Shown one piece after another: positions 18,952-28,352 of a DNA stretch of 64,000 nucleotides (positions are counted from its first letter, which is position 1; every line of letters starts with the position of its first letter). The notes beneath the pieces are model-generated. The model made no database searches, was not told where the DNA came from, and saw only the letters and a program-made list of their open reading frames with translations. The translations under genes and the position numbers were made by a program. The DNA is from Candidatus Latescibacterota bacterium (GTDB lineage Bacteria > Latescibacterota > UBA2968 > UBA8231), in the NCBI GenBank assembly GCA_965248265.1, contig CBDFJF010000002.1, positions 3,104,001 to 3,168,000 on the forward strand, read 5' to 3'.

Positions 18952-21900
18952 CTAACAAGCGGCAGACTGTATCAGCTGCAGGGTAGATCCGAATTGCGGA
19001 TCCTTGGTGACCTGAATCTGGGTGGGGAAGGCGTCTCTGAGCACCGGCAGGTGAGTAACCACCAGGATCTTCTCGAAATCGTGACTGATCTCCTGGATTG
19101 CCTCGATCATCGACTCCAACCCCTTGCCATCCTGAGTGCCGAAGCCCTCGTCGATGATGAGGGTTCTCAGGCGCGTACCGGAACGCCGTGCCAGTACCTT
19201 CGAGAGTGCCACGCGCAGCGCGAAGTTTGTGCGGAAGGCCTCTCCGCCCGAGTAGAGGCTGTAGGCCCGTTCGCCGAGTTCGTCAGCGATCTTGATGTCC
19301 AGCGTTTCCCTGGTCGCTCCTGATTTGAGGTCCTTCAGCGACTCCAGTGAGATCTGAATGCGGTTGTCGGTCAAGCGGCCCAACAAGGCATTGGCCTCTC
19401 GTTCAATTTCGGGAATGGCCCCTTCGATGATGAGCGCTTGAATGCCGTCTTTGCCGAAAGCCTCATCAAGGCGGGCGTAGATCCAGCTCTCTTGTTCGGC
19501 CGTGGCAAGCCGGGTCCTGAACTCCGCCCTCTGGAGGCCGAGTTTGCGGCATCGATCCAAAACCCCTTCCACGGATCCGCGACGTTCAAGAAGCTGATCG
19601 CGCTCGGTGCGTTGACTCTGGAGTCGAGCCTGCACTTTCTTCAGTTGGGCCTCCAGGTTGGGGATGGTCGCTTCCTGCACAGCCGATTCCTCGAGGTCCC
19701 TGTCGAGCGCTCCCAACTTCTGCTCCAGGCGAGCCATCTCAAGCTGAAGTGCTTCCAGCTTCGCCCTCAATCCAGATTGACTCTTTCGGGCGTTCTCAAG
19801 CCGTTCGCTCAACTGCACGACTTGAGCCAGATCTGACAGATGCTGCCTTATGGATTCATGGCGGCCGGAATCGTACGCCAGCTCGGCGAAATCCAGCAAG
19901 ATCCGGCTCAACCTGGTCCGCTCATCGCGGGCAAAGGATTCTTCCCGCAGTACATGCTCGGTATGCTCAAGTGTCTTCTCGGTGCGATCCAGTTCCAGCA
20001 GGATTCGTTGCTTGCTGGTGCGTGCTTCTTGGAGCAGGCGGCGTTCAGCATCGGCCGCGGCCAGTTCACGAAGGTGTTCCTGGACGCGTCGAAGTTTTTC
20101 AGTGCTGAAACCCAATCGGGTGATGCGTTGGTCCAGGGCGTGCAGTTGGTCGCGCTCAGGGGCGGAAAAATCGCCCGTTTCTAGTTGGCGCTTCAACTCG
20201 TCCTGGCGCGAACCCAGGCGTTCCGATTCAGAGCGTACTAAGTCGAACTGCTCGAATCGTGCACGCAACTGGGCCGCTGCATTTTGCAGCGGCAGAATGC
20301 GAGAAGCGAGTTGCGCGCGGTCTTGAAATTGCGCCCGCCTGGTTGTTACTTCCGCGGATTTGGCTGCCACGGCCTCCGTCAGCTGCGCGATCTGTTCTTC
20401 GCATTCGCTCTTTCGTTGGTTCATTTCCGCTTCCAGCTGTTCGCGGTGTTCACGGTCTAGAGGCGATCCACAAAGCGGGCAGTCAGCGTCGGTGCTGTCG
20501 CCCAGTACGCGGGACCTTCCCGACATTTCGCTCAGCTGCTCCAGTGTTTCCTGCAGACGCTCTGTATCCCGCTCGATCTCGGCTGCAAGGGAAGTGCCTT
20601 GCTCCCGTAAGGTTTCCATGTCTTCTGTTTGTACTTTGAGCTCATCCAGTTCACGGTTGGTGGCGGTCAACTCCTTTTCGATGCCCGGTTGCTGAGACAA
20701 CATCCAATGAACCTCGGCATGGCGGTCCCGCACCAACTCTGCTTCGGTTTCCAGGCTCTTTCGGGTCGAGTCGATGTGAAGGCTCAACCTACTTCGTTCG
20801 AGTTCGAGCTGCGCGACTTCCAGCTGGGTGACCTTGAGTTTGTCTTCTCGTGCTCGGTAGGAGCACAGCTCGGCGTAGGCAGTGTCAATCCTTTTCTCTT
20901 CAGATATCAGCAGCCCATTCTCTGCCAGTTGACTCGCCAAGGCCGTCCTCTGCGTGCGGAAGCGCTCGCGCTCACGTTCGTGGCAGTGTCGCATGTCGCG
21001 GATGCTGCTTTCGAGCTGGGCCTGGGTTTGGGACAGCTGCCAGCGTTGCTGTGATTTTTCCGCCAGCTCGGTCTCCTCTGACCTGAGGGTTTTGTAGGTC
21101 GCCAAGTCCGACTCGATGGTTTCCGCTGTGTCGAGCAAAGAGCGGTTGTCCTGTTGAAGCTTGGTCAAGTCGGCAGATTCAGTGCGGAGGGCAGCTATCC
21201 TTTGCACCAGCTGCGGCCGATCAATCCGCAGTCTGCCTGCCACTTCTGCCAGGCCCCGTGCCTCCAGCAGGGCTTGGGTCGCGGCCTTTTCATTCCCGGT
21301 GTCGAGCTCAAGCTGACCATCCACGGCTGCCAGTAGCTCGACTACTTGCTGCCGTGCCGTCTCATGCTCGTCCCGGTGGCTGAGTTCGTCGTCTAGTTCG
21401 GCAATTCGGGACCCGCAATGTTCCACCTCCGTTGTACGCAGATTGAGTTTGTCCCTGGCGAGCCGTTGCAATCGGTCGTAGCGCGACAGCCCGAGAATCT
21501 CGGCCAGGACCTGTTTGCGCTCGCGGGGTGTCTTCTGAGTGAATTCAGCGTCCCGGCCCTGCAGTATGAATGCGGAGTTCACGAAGGTTGTGTAGTCCAT
21601 GCACAGCAGGCTGTCGATCTGCCGTTGTGTATTCGCCGCCGAGGTCGAGTCGGTCAGGGAGCGATAGCATTGCGATTGAGGATCGAAGACCAGCAGATCC
21701 AACTCGGTGACAGAGCGCGTCCTGCGCTTGACGAAACGGCGCTTGACCAAGTAGCGGTCGGCGTCGAGGTCGAACGTGAGGTCAACCTCCATCTCGGTCG
21801 TCCCCAATCGCAGCAGACCCTCATCCGCCTTGCGCTCAGAGCGTCCTTTGCGTCCTTCCCCCCAAAGCGCGTAGGTCAACGCGTCCAGCAGGGCGGACTT

Positions 21901-22014
21901 GCCATGCCCATTGTCACCACTCAAGCAGGCGACTCGGAAATCACTGAAATCCAGCGTTACCGTGTCGTCTCCGTAGCTGAGGAAATTACGCAGGCTGAGC
22001 CGGGCCGGAATCAC
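18952..22014 (-). CDS. sbcC: SbcC/Rad50 SMC-like ATPase
   Basis: Walker A GDNGHGKS, Q-loop, coiled coils with CPLC zinc hook, YSGGE signature, IIDEGFG, VVTH. Confidence 0.93.
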   Translation of the reverse strand: MIPARLSLRNFLSYGDDTVTLDFSDFRVACLSGDNGHGKSALLDALTYALWGEGRKGRSERKADEGLLRLGTTEMEVDLTFDLDADRYLVKRRFVKRRTRSVTELDLLVFDPQSQCYRSLTDSTSAANTQRQIDSLLCMDYTTFVNSAFILQGRDAEFTQKTPRERKQVLAEILGLSRYDRLQRLARDKLNLRTTEVEHCGSRIAELDDELSHRDEHETARQQVVELLAAVDGQLELDTGNEKAATQALLEARGLAEVAGRLRIDRPQLVQRIAALRTESADLTKLQQDNRSLLDTAETIESDLATYKTLRSEETELAEKSQQRWQLSQTQAQLESSIRDMRHCHERERERFRTQRTALASQLAENGLLISEEKRIDTAYAELCSYRAREDKLKVTQLEVAQLELERSRLSLHIDSTRKSLETEAELVRDRHAEVHWMLSQQPGIEKELTATNRELDELKVQTEDMETLREQGTSLAAEIERDTERLQETLEQLSEMSGRSRVLGDSTDADCPLCGSPLDREHREQLEAEMNQRKSECEEQIAQLTEAVAAKSAEVTTRRAQFQDRAQLASRILPLQNAAAQLRARFEQFDLVRSESERLGSRQDELKRQLETGDFSAPERDQLHALDQRITRLGFSTEKLRRVQEHLRELAAADAERRLLQEARTSKQRILLELDRTEKTLEHTEHVLREESFARDERTRLSRILLDFAELAYDSGRHESIRQHLSDLAQVVQLSERLENARKSQSGLRAKLEALQLEMARLEQKLGALDRDLEESAVQEATIPNLEAQLKKVQARLQSQRTERDQLLERRGSVEGVLDRCRKLGLQRAEFRTRLATAEQESWIYARLDEAFGKDGIQALIIEGAIPEIEREANALLGRLTDNRIQISLESLKDLKSGATRETLDIKIADELGERAYSLYSGGEAFRTNFALRVALSKVLARRSGTRLRTLIIDEGFGTQDGKGLESMIEAIQEISHDFEKILVVTHLPVLRDAFPTQIQVTKDPQFGSTLQLIQSAAC

Positions 22015-23267
22015 GGTTGCGCTCCTCCCTCGCCGGCGTCCATCGTTGCCAACTCCTTTTCGAGACGACCGGCATACTCTTTGAGAGACGTTCGCCGGGG
22101 TTGCAGGGCCGGCTGATTGTCCAGGTACCGATCGAGGGCCTCGCCGACGGCGACCTCCTCGCTCAACGAGGCTCGGCGCTGAATTTCATCAGGGTCGCTG
22201 TAGCGCGGAGTGATGGCCGCGACACAGTGCGCACCGGCCAGTGCAGCCCGGATACGATTGGCGTCGAGGCGCTCGGCAAATCCCCGTGGCAACGAGCAGG
22301 TAACACGCACGATGGCGTCCTTCACCTCAGCCGCCTCCACGGCGGTGAGCACGGCCGTAGTCGGGTCCTCGGTCTGAGTGGCGTCGGCCTCTATGGTCAC
22401 AAACTCTCGAGCCGGCGTGTGCTCGAATCGAAAGGAGGTCTGGGCGCCATTCATGCCAAGATCTACCAGACAGAACCCCTTCGGCTCGGCAGCTTCGCCG
22501 AAATCGATGCGTTCCGGGCTTCCTGAATAGACTACCGGTGGCATGCCGTGGGCGTTCAGGTTTTGGTGTCGATGGATGTGGCCCAGAGCGACATAATCAA
22601 AGGCGGAATCGGCGAAAACGGCTGCCGTGAGCACCGGATCGTCACCGATCATGGCGCTGCGTTCAGAGCCGGAGTAGGTGGCCTCTGCCACGGTGACGTG
22701 GGCAGCCAGAACGGAAGGCACTGCCGGGTCGAGTTGTGCGGAAAACTCCGCTATCTGGGAGGCGCAAATTTGGGCGATTTGGCGGTTCATGCGTTCGGGA
22801 CTGAGGTCCTTGAAGCGGTCGTCAGCACGTAGGTAATGTCGCGTCGGCCATGGGAGTCCGGCGACCTGTAGTGGGCCGCTCTTCGTTGCGATTCGGATAA
22901 GGTTGGGTTGTCTGAAGACGTAGGTGTCCTTGAGTCCGAGGGCGTTAAAGATGTCCACGGAAGTTGCCCGTCCGAATGCAGCCGGAGAGTCGTGGTTGCC
23001 GACGATGATGGCGATCGGCACCCCTTCCTGTTGCAACCGTCTCAGATGTGACGCGAGTTCGCGCTGCCAGGTTGGGTTTGGGTTGCAGTTTCTGTAGGCA
23101 TCTCCCGCAAAAACAACCAGATCCACCTTCTCTCGAAGGGCCCGATCAACGACGAATTCGAGTGAGCGGGCGAAATCAGCCAGGCGGGAATGCAACCCGG
23201 TGGATGGATCCAAACGGCCGTAGTTCTCCACACCCAGGTGGAGGTCGGCGAAGTGGAGCAGACGCAT
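22011..23267 (-). CDS. sbcD: SbcD/Mre11 nuclease
   Basis: HFADLHLG, FAGD, GNHD, YVALGHIH, YSGS..RIDFGE. Confidence 0.93.
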   Translation of the reverse strand: MRLLHFADLHLGVENYGRLDPSTGLHSRLADFARSLEFVVDRALREKVDLVVFAGDAYRNCNPNPTWQRELASHLRRLQQEGVPIAIIVGNHDSPAAFGRATSVDIFNALGLKDTYVFRQPNLIRIATKSGPLQVAGLPWPTRHYLRADDRFKDLSPERMNRQIAQICASQIAEFSAQLDPAVPSVLAAHVTVAEATYSGSERSAMIGDDPVLTAAVFADSAFDYVALGHIHRHQNLNAHGMPPVVYSGSPERIDFGEAAEPKGFCLVDLGMNGAQTSFRFEHTPAREFVTIEADATQTEDPTTAVLTAVEAAEVKDAIVRVTCSLPRGFAERLDANRIRAALAGAHCVAAITPRYSDPDEIQRRASLSEEVAVGEALDRYLDNQPALQPRRTSLKEYAGRLEKELATMDAGEGGAQP

Positions 23268-23417
23268 TTCGACCTCGTCAAAAGCGATATGGCAGGGAGA
23301 AACGGAGAGGTTGGTGCTGACTTCACACGCGCCAACGAAATGGGGGAGTTGGTGAGTCAAGTATAGAAGCCGCAAGTAACCTGCGAAAGAGCTAAATGAT
23401 CCTCGGCCGCAACTTGT

Positions 23418-23446
23418 TTGCTCCAGAAACTGGATCTTGCTATATT
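23418..23446 (+). promoter_or_regulatory. Sigma70 promoter upstream of greA
   Basis: TTGCTC-17-TATATT with extended -10 TG. Confidence 0.6.
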
Positions 23447-23460
23447 TCAGTCATAGCAAA

Positions 23461-23494
23461 GCGGAAGCGAGCCCGAACGGCGCTTCCGTTTTTT
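23461..23494 (+). terminator. Terminator/attenuator in the greA leader
   Basis: gcggaagcg/cgcttccgt stem followed by a T run. Confidence 0.7.
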
Positions 23495-23613
23495 GTTTGC
23501 GATGGGGAAGGCGTATTCAGGTCTTGATCAGATTCACGTCGTGATCGGTTTTAACGCCTTGGTCTGGGTGTTCCGGCGGTTTCAAGCGTCTGTGGGAGCA
23601 GGAGTTATAGGTG

Positions 23614-24084
23614 ATGAGCGAAGTTTATCTGTCTAGAGAGGGTCTGCAAAAACTCCAGGAAGAGTTGAAGGACCTCAAGTCGACGGAACGGCCGACGGCA
23701 AGGGAGTCGCTCAAGCGCGCTCGTGAGTTTGGCGATCTCTCTGAAAACGCCGAGTACACGGCGGCCAAGGAACGGCTGATGTTTCTGGAACAACGCATCA
23801 ACAGGCTGGAAGAAACCCTGAGCCGGGCGACCTTGTTGGAATTGGAGAATATTCCGGACGACAAGGTATACATTGGCGCAACGGTTGAAATGCATGACCT
23901 CAAGAAGGACGCGACTCTCACCTACACACTGGTGGCTCCCGAGGAGGCTGATTTCGAGGCCGGAAAAATCTCAACGACTTCTCCGATAGGCCAGGGTCTG
24001 CTGGGGCATTCGGAGGGTGAAGAGGTGGAAATCGAGATCCCCGCAGGTACCCTTCACTACAAGATCCAGAAAATCTCCCGGTGA
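23614..24084 (+). CDS. greA: Transcription elongation factor GreA
   Basis: GDLSENAEY, ISTTSPIGQGLLG; AGGAG RBS. Confidence 0.96.
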   Translation: MSEVYLSREGLQKLQEELKDLKSTERPTARESLKRAREFGDLSENAEYTAAKERLMFLEQRINRLEETLSRATLLELENIPDDKVYIGATVEMHDLKKDATLTYTLVAPEEADFEAGKISTTSPIGQGLLGHSEGEEVEIEIPAGTLHYKIQKISR

Positions 24085-24138
24085 ACGTGGGTGGCTGCTT
24101 GCGACGCCCGAGTTGCCTTTCGTCCGAAGGCGGCGGGG

Positions 24139-24168
24139 TTGACAGTCTTTCGATTCAGTCCCTATCTT
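24139..24168 (+). promoter_or_regulatory. Sigma70 promoter of the tRNA/rpmG cluster
   Basis: TTGACA-18-TATCTT. Confidence 0.65.
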
Positions 24169-24231
24169 ATAGGGTTTATAACTACATGCTTGTCCTGCTG
24201 TGGTAGGGCAGGCAAGGGCTTCCCAGTAGGT

Positions 24232-24308
24232 GCGGGAGTAGCTCAGTTGGCTAGAGCGCGAGCCTTCCAAGCTCGATGTCGCGGGTTCGAGTCCCGTTTC
24301 CCGCTCCA
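24232..24308 (+). tRNA. tRNA-Gly(TCC)
   Basis: Cloverleaf; anticodon arm CGAGC-CT TCC AA-GCTCG, GTTCGAGTCC T-arm, encoded CCA. Confidence 0.97.
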
Positions 24309-24328
24309 AGTCGAAGCGGTTGTTCGAG

Positions 24329-24404
<76 letters not shown>

Positions 24405-24406
24405 TT

Positions 24407-24453
24407 TTCAACGACTTAGATTAACTTCAACGACTTAGATTAACTTCAACGAC
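24407..24453. repeat. 19-bp tandem repeat (2.5 copies) directly after tRNA-Thr
   Basis: ttcaacgacttagattaac x2 plus ttcaacgac. Confidence 0.9.
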
Positions 24454-24558
24454 AAACCCAGCGTCTGTCATAACTCATTGTTTAACTGGTATTTACATGC
24501 AATCTTCGCAGTCGTGGATTGGGTGTAACGCCCAGGGCCTAATTCCGACCTAAAGACG

Positions 24559-24711
24559 ATGCCGAGAGAACAGATTACACTCGAGTGCGAGGAATGCAGT
24601 CGCCGAAATTACACAGCCACGAAAAATCGACGGGCGCAACCCAGTCGGGTGGAATACAAAAAATACTGCCGGTTTTGCCGCAGTCACAAGCTTCATCGAG
24701 AGACGCGGTGA
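24559..24711 (+). CDS. rpmG: 50S ribosomal protein L33 (zinc-binding type)
   Basis: [18 protein letters not shown]...[17 protein letters not shown]; below the ORF-track size cutoff. Confidence 0.95.
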   Translation: MPREQITLECEECSRRNYTATKNRRAQPSRVEYKKYCRFCRSHKLHRETR

Positions 24712-24787
24712 AATTCCGGGGAACCACAACTGCAGCCATTTTTCGCGGGAGCAGGTTGGTTCTAACGCGTTCCGCGAGAGTGATTTT

Positions 24788-24864
24788 AGGTCTGTAGCTC
24801 AATTTGGTAGAGCACCGGTCTCCAAAACCGGGGGTTGCAGGTTCGAGTCCTGCCAGGCCTGCCA
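24788..24864 (+). tRNA. tRNA-Trp(CCA)
   Basis: CCGGT-CT CCA AA-ACCGG anticodon arm; canonical rpmG-trnW-secE position. Confidence 0.97.
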
Positions 24865-24891
24865 GACTTGGAAGGGCGAAAGCACGCATCG

Positions 24892-25080
24892 ATGCTGGAG
24901 AAAATCACCACTTTCCTGGCCGAAGTCAGAGCCGAGTTCGGCCGTGTTAACTGGCCGACGCGTGACGATCTGGTAAACTCCACGACCGTAGTCGTCGTGT
25001 TCTCGTTGGCTTTTGCCGTATTCATAGGACTTTTCGACCTGGTCATTTCTTACGTACGTGCAATTCTAATCGATCTGTGA
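24892..25080 (+). CDS. secE: Preprotein translocase subunit SecE
   Basis: EVRAEFGRVNWPTR plus one TM helix. Confidence 0.93.
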   Translation: MLEKITTFLAEVRAEFGRVNWPTRDDLVNSTTVVVVFSLAFAVFIGLFDLVISYVRAILIDL

Positions 25081-25171
25081 CACGATTTCTCTCCCATAAT
25101 GAGTTCGAGCCAGGGCTGCCCGACCCAGACGGCGGCGTCTCACGGCTCACGATGCACCTTACGGGGGTAGC

Positions 25172-25720
25172 ATGATGGAAAAGCACTGGTACGCCTTGCA
25201 TACCTACTCAGGTCACGAAAACAAGGTGAAAAGTTACCTGGAATCGTTGATCGAATCGGGTGACGCCGGAGACTCGATTTCCAGAGTCGTCGTACCGACG
25301 GAAGAGATGGTCGAAATGCGTGGCGGCAAGAAGACGGTGTCCAAGAGGCGCTTCTTGCCCAGCTATGTTCTCGTCGAGATGGAAATGGGTAAGGATGCCT
25401 GGCACGCGGTGACCAACATTCCCGGCGTGACAAATTTCGTCGGTCCTGCTCGAAAACCTCAACCTCTTCTTCAAGAGGAGGTTGATCACATTCTCGGACA
25501 CATCGACCGGCGCAGCGCACAGGATGTCGACGAAATTCCGTTTGCGGTGGCCGATCAGGTCAAGGTGAATGACGGCGCGTTCAAGGACTTTATCGGGACC
25601 GTGCAGGAGGTGATTCCGGAGAAACGCCGTCTGAAGATCACGGTGAGCATTTTCGGGCGCGGCACGCCAGTCGAACTGGATGTATTGCAGGTGGAGCCGG
25701 TCGACAGCGCCACTGCGTGA
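25172..25720 (+). CDS. nusG: Transcription termination/antitermination factor NusG
   Basis: WYALHTYSGHENKVK, VSIFGRGTPVEL. Confidence 0.97.
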   Translation: MMEKHWYALHTYSGHENKVKSYLESLIESGDAGDSISRVVVPTEEMVEMRGGKKTVSKRRFLPSYVLVEMEMGKDAWHAVTNIPGVTNFVGPARKPQPLLQEEVDHILGHIDRRSAQDVDEIPFAVADQVKVNDGAFKDFIGTVQEVIPEKRRLKITVSIFGRGTPVELDVLQVEPVDSATA

Positions 25721-25795
25721 GTGGGTGGGTGTGAAGCGACAACGAAAGTCGTTCGCAGGACGCGCACGGCTTGATACCAGGTAGGTAGGGAGAGC

Positions 25796-26221
25796 ATGGC
25801 AAAGAAAGAACTGGCGTCGATCAAGTTGCAAATTCCTGCTGGGCAGGCGAGCCCGACTCCACCAGTGGGTCCAGCCCTGGGTCAGCACGGGGTCAATATC
25901 ATGGAGTTTTGCAAGGCCTTCAACGCCAGTACGCAAGACAAACAGGGTCTCATCATTCCCGTCGTCATCACCGTGTATGCTGACCGGACCTTCACCTTCA
26001 TCATGAAGACGCCGCCAGCATCGACGCTACTCAAGCGGGCGACTGGCATCGAGAAGGGATCCGGGGTGCCAAACCGGGACAAGGTGGGAACTGTCAAGCG
26101 CGAACAGTTGCGCGAGATAGCAGAGTTGAAAATGGAAGATTTGAACGCGAACGATATTGACGCGGCAATCGAGATGATCGCCGGGACCGCCCGCAGCATG
26201 GGTCTGGTTCTGGAAGACTAG
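25796..26221 (+). CDS. rplK: 50S ribosomal protein L11
   Basis: [22 protein letters not shown]. Confidence 0.98.
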   Translation: MAKKELASIKLQIPAGQASPTPPVGPALGQHGVNIMEFCKAFNASTQDKQGLIIPVVITVYADRTFTFIMKTPPASTLLKRATGIEKGSGVPNRDKVGTVKREQLREIAELKMEDLNANDIDAAIEMIAGTARSMGLVLED

Positions 26222-26234
26222 CACGGAGACACTC

Positions 26235-26945
26235 ATGGCACGACGAGGAAAGAAATACAGGAGTTCCTGCGAATCCTTCGACCGGCGCAAGACGTATTCC
26301 TGGGAAGAGGCCATCGCGATCTTACGCACCTTTCCCAAGCGTGGCTTCGATGAGGCGGTGGAGTTGTCCTTCAATCTGGGCATCGATGGTCGGCAAGCCG
26401 ATCAGGCGCTTCGGGGCACCGTGATGTTGCCCCACGGGAGTGGTCGCGACATTCGCGTTGTCGTGATCACGCAAGGAGATCTCGTAGCCGAAGCGGAGGA
26501 AAACGGAGCCGACTTCGTGGGGGGAGCCGAGCTCGCTGAGAAGATTCAGAAGGGGTGGCTGGATTTCGACATGGTGATTGCCTCCCCTGACATGATGGGA
26601 CAGGTCGGCAAGCTCGGTCGCATTCTGGGACCGCGAGGCATGATGCCGAATCCGAAAACGGGAACGGTCACTCGCGAGATCGGTGAGGCCGTGAAGCAGG
26701 CGAAATCCGGCCGAGTGGAGTTTCGTGCGGACAACAAGTCCGGCAACAATGCGCAGGCAGCGATCGGCAGGGTCTCCTTTGGAGACAAGGAACTCTTAGA
26801 GAATGTCGAGGCATTCTCCGAGGCCATCTTCCGATCGAAGCCCTCCGGGTCGAAGGGCCAATACGTTCGCAAGCTGATGCTGTCGTCGACGATGGGGCCT
26901 GGCGTGCGTATCGATCCCGCAGTCCTGACTTCTTCATCGAGGTAG
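26235..26945 (+). CDS. rplA: 50S ribosomal protein L1
   Basis: LGRILGPRGMMPNPKTGTV, SSTMGPG. Confidence 0.98.
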   Translation: MARRGKKYRSSCESFDRRKTYSWEEAIAILRTFPKRGFDEAVELSFNLGIDGRQADQALRGTVMLPHGSGRDIRVVVITQGDLVAEAEENGADFVGGAELAEKIQKGWLDFDMVIASPDMMGQVGKLGRILGPRGMMPNPKTGTVTREIGEAVKQAKSGRVEFRADNKSGNNAQAAIGRVSFGDKELLENVEAFSEAIFRSKPSGSKGQYVRKLMLSSTMGPGVRIDPAVLTSSSR

Positions 26946-26947
26946 TC

Positions 26948-27484
26948 ATGCCGACCGAGCAAAAAGCAGAGACCGTCAACGACCTGTCACAGCAGATGAC
27001 CGCGGCCAAATCCATCGTTTTGGCTGATTTTACCGGCCTCGATGTCGCTTCCGTGACCCAGTTGAGGCGCTCCTTGCGCAGTGCCTCCGTCGACTATCGA
27101 GTGGTCAAGAATCGCCTGGCGAAGCGTGCGGCTTCCGATGCCGGGCTATCCAGCCTCGAGGAATTTTTCAGCGGTCCGACCGCCATGGCGTTCGGCCTCG
27201 ATGATCCGCTTGAGCCCGTAAGGGTGCTGCAGAAATTCGTCGACACCGGCGGGAAAATTGCCATCAAATCCGGTTTCTTGGATGGCCAGGTGTTGTCCCC
27301 AGAGCAGGTGAAGGAACTGGCGTCCCTGCCGTCGAGGGATGAGCTCATCGGCAAGGTGATCGGCGCGGTGCAGTCACCGATGTACGGCCTGGTAGGCGTT
27401 TTCAGTACGCTGTTGCGCAACTTGGCCGGTGTCGTATCGGCGATCGAGGAGGCCAAGAAACAGGAGTCGGAAGCAGGAAAATAG
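26948..27484 (+). CDS. rplJ: 50S ribosomal protein L10
   Basis: VVKNRLAKRA, GPTA, LASLPSRDEL. Confidence 0.97.
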   Translation: MPTEQKAETVNDLSQQMTAAKSIVLADFTGLDVASVTQLRRSLRSASVDYRVVKNRLAKRAASDAGLSSLEEFFSGPTAMAFGLDDPLEPVRVLQKFVDTGGKIAIKSGFLDGQVLSPEQVKELASLPSRDELIGKVIGAVQSPMYGLVGVFSTLLRNLAGVVSAIEEAKKQESEAGK

Positions 27485-27529
27485 AAGGGATACTATCAGC
27501 GAAACGTCAAACCTGGAGGACGTCAGGCA

Positions 27530-27928
27530 ATGAGCGAGAATGGCAGTCTCACTCCCAAGATAGAAGAGATCATCAATACCATTGGAGAGCTTTCGGTTCT
27601 GGAGTTGGCAGAACTGGTCAAAGCCCTCGAGGACAAGTTCGGTGTTTCCGCTGCTGCGCCCGTGATGATGGCGGGTGCTGCTCCCGCCGGTGAGGCTGCG
27701 GAAGCCGAAGTCGAGCAGGTTGAGTTCGACGTCGTGTTGACGAGCGCCGGTGACAAGAAGATTCAGGTCATCAAGATCGTGCGCGAAATCACCAGTCTCG
27801 GATTGAAGGAAGCCAAGGCCCTTGTCGATGAGGCCCCCAAGGCCGTCAAAGAAGCGATCTCCAAGCAGGAAGCTGAAGAGATACAGGGTCGCCTGTCAGA
27901 AGCTGGAGCGACCGCTGAGATCAAGTAG
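27530..27928 (+). CDS. rplL: 50S ribosomal protein L7/L12
   Basis: [21 protein letters not shown]. Confidence 0.98.
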   Translation: MSENGSLTPKIEEIINTIGELSVLELAELVKALEDKFGVSAAAPVMMAGAAPAGEAAEAEVEQVEFDVVLTSAGDKKIQVIKIVREITSLGLKEAKALVDEAPKAVKEAISKQEAEEIQGRLSEAGATAEIK

Positions 27929-28131
27929 TCGACGGGGGGAGACCACCCGGCGTCTACCGAGATGGCAGCGGCATCTGCAGTCCCTCAAAGAAGGCTCACC
28001 GCGCGCCAACGGCGCGCGCCTCTACGCGAGTGAGCACGGTTTGCTGTGTGCGGGTCGTGCTATGCAGGCCGCGAGGCGTATAGGTGTGTGTAAGTACTGT
28101 GAGCCGTCATCTACCGTCATCTCCTGCAGTG

Positions 28132-28318
28132 GTTGCGGGTGCGTGCTGGGTTACTCCGTGCATCAGCATCATCTTTGTGTTCCACGAAATGAGGGCACGC
28201 CCTCATCATCTTGGAGTAAACTCCGAGGAATCGGCGCCAAGTCGGTTCCCGGTCGTCCTGCTAGCTAATGGACGCGTGCAGAATAACGTTCGCAAGTCAG
28301 TTACGCAGAACCCGCAGG
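28132..28318 (+). promoter_or_regulatory. Structured rpoB leader (candidate cis-regulatory RNA)
   Basis: Long-range ugcgggu/acccgca pairing enclosing several hairpins. Confidence 0.45.
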
Positions 28319-28352
28319 TTGGGTAAACGGTAACGGAAAAGGAGCAATTGAA

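Noticed and set aside
18952-23267. SMC-like ATPase plus nuclease as a defence system (Wadjet/Lamassu)
   Set aside because: Zinc hook and Mre11 motifs in sbcD-sbcC order indicate ordinary SbcCD; no kleisin or effector genes.
23971-24309. ORF MERETGLEPATSSLEG (also 24786-25046 and 24575-24889)
   Set aside because: Typical antisense translations of tRNA genes.
24407-24453. Possible mini-CRISPR
   Set aside because: Units are directly adjacent with no spacers, only 19 bp long, and no cas genes are present.
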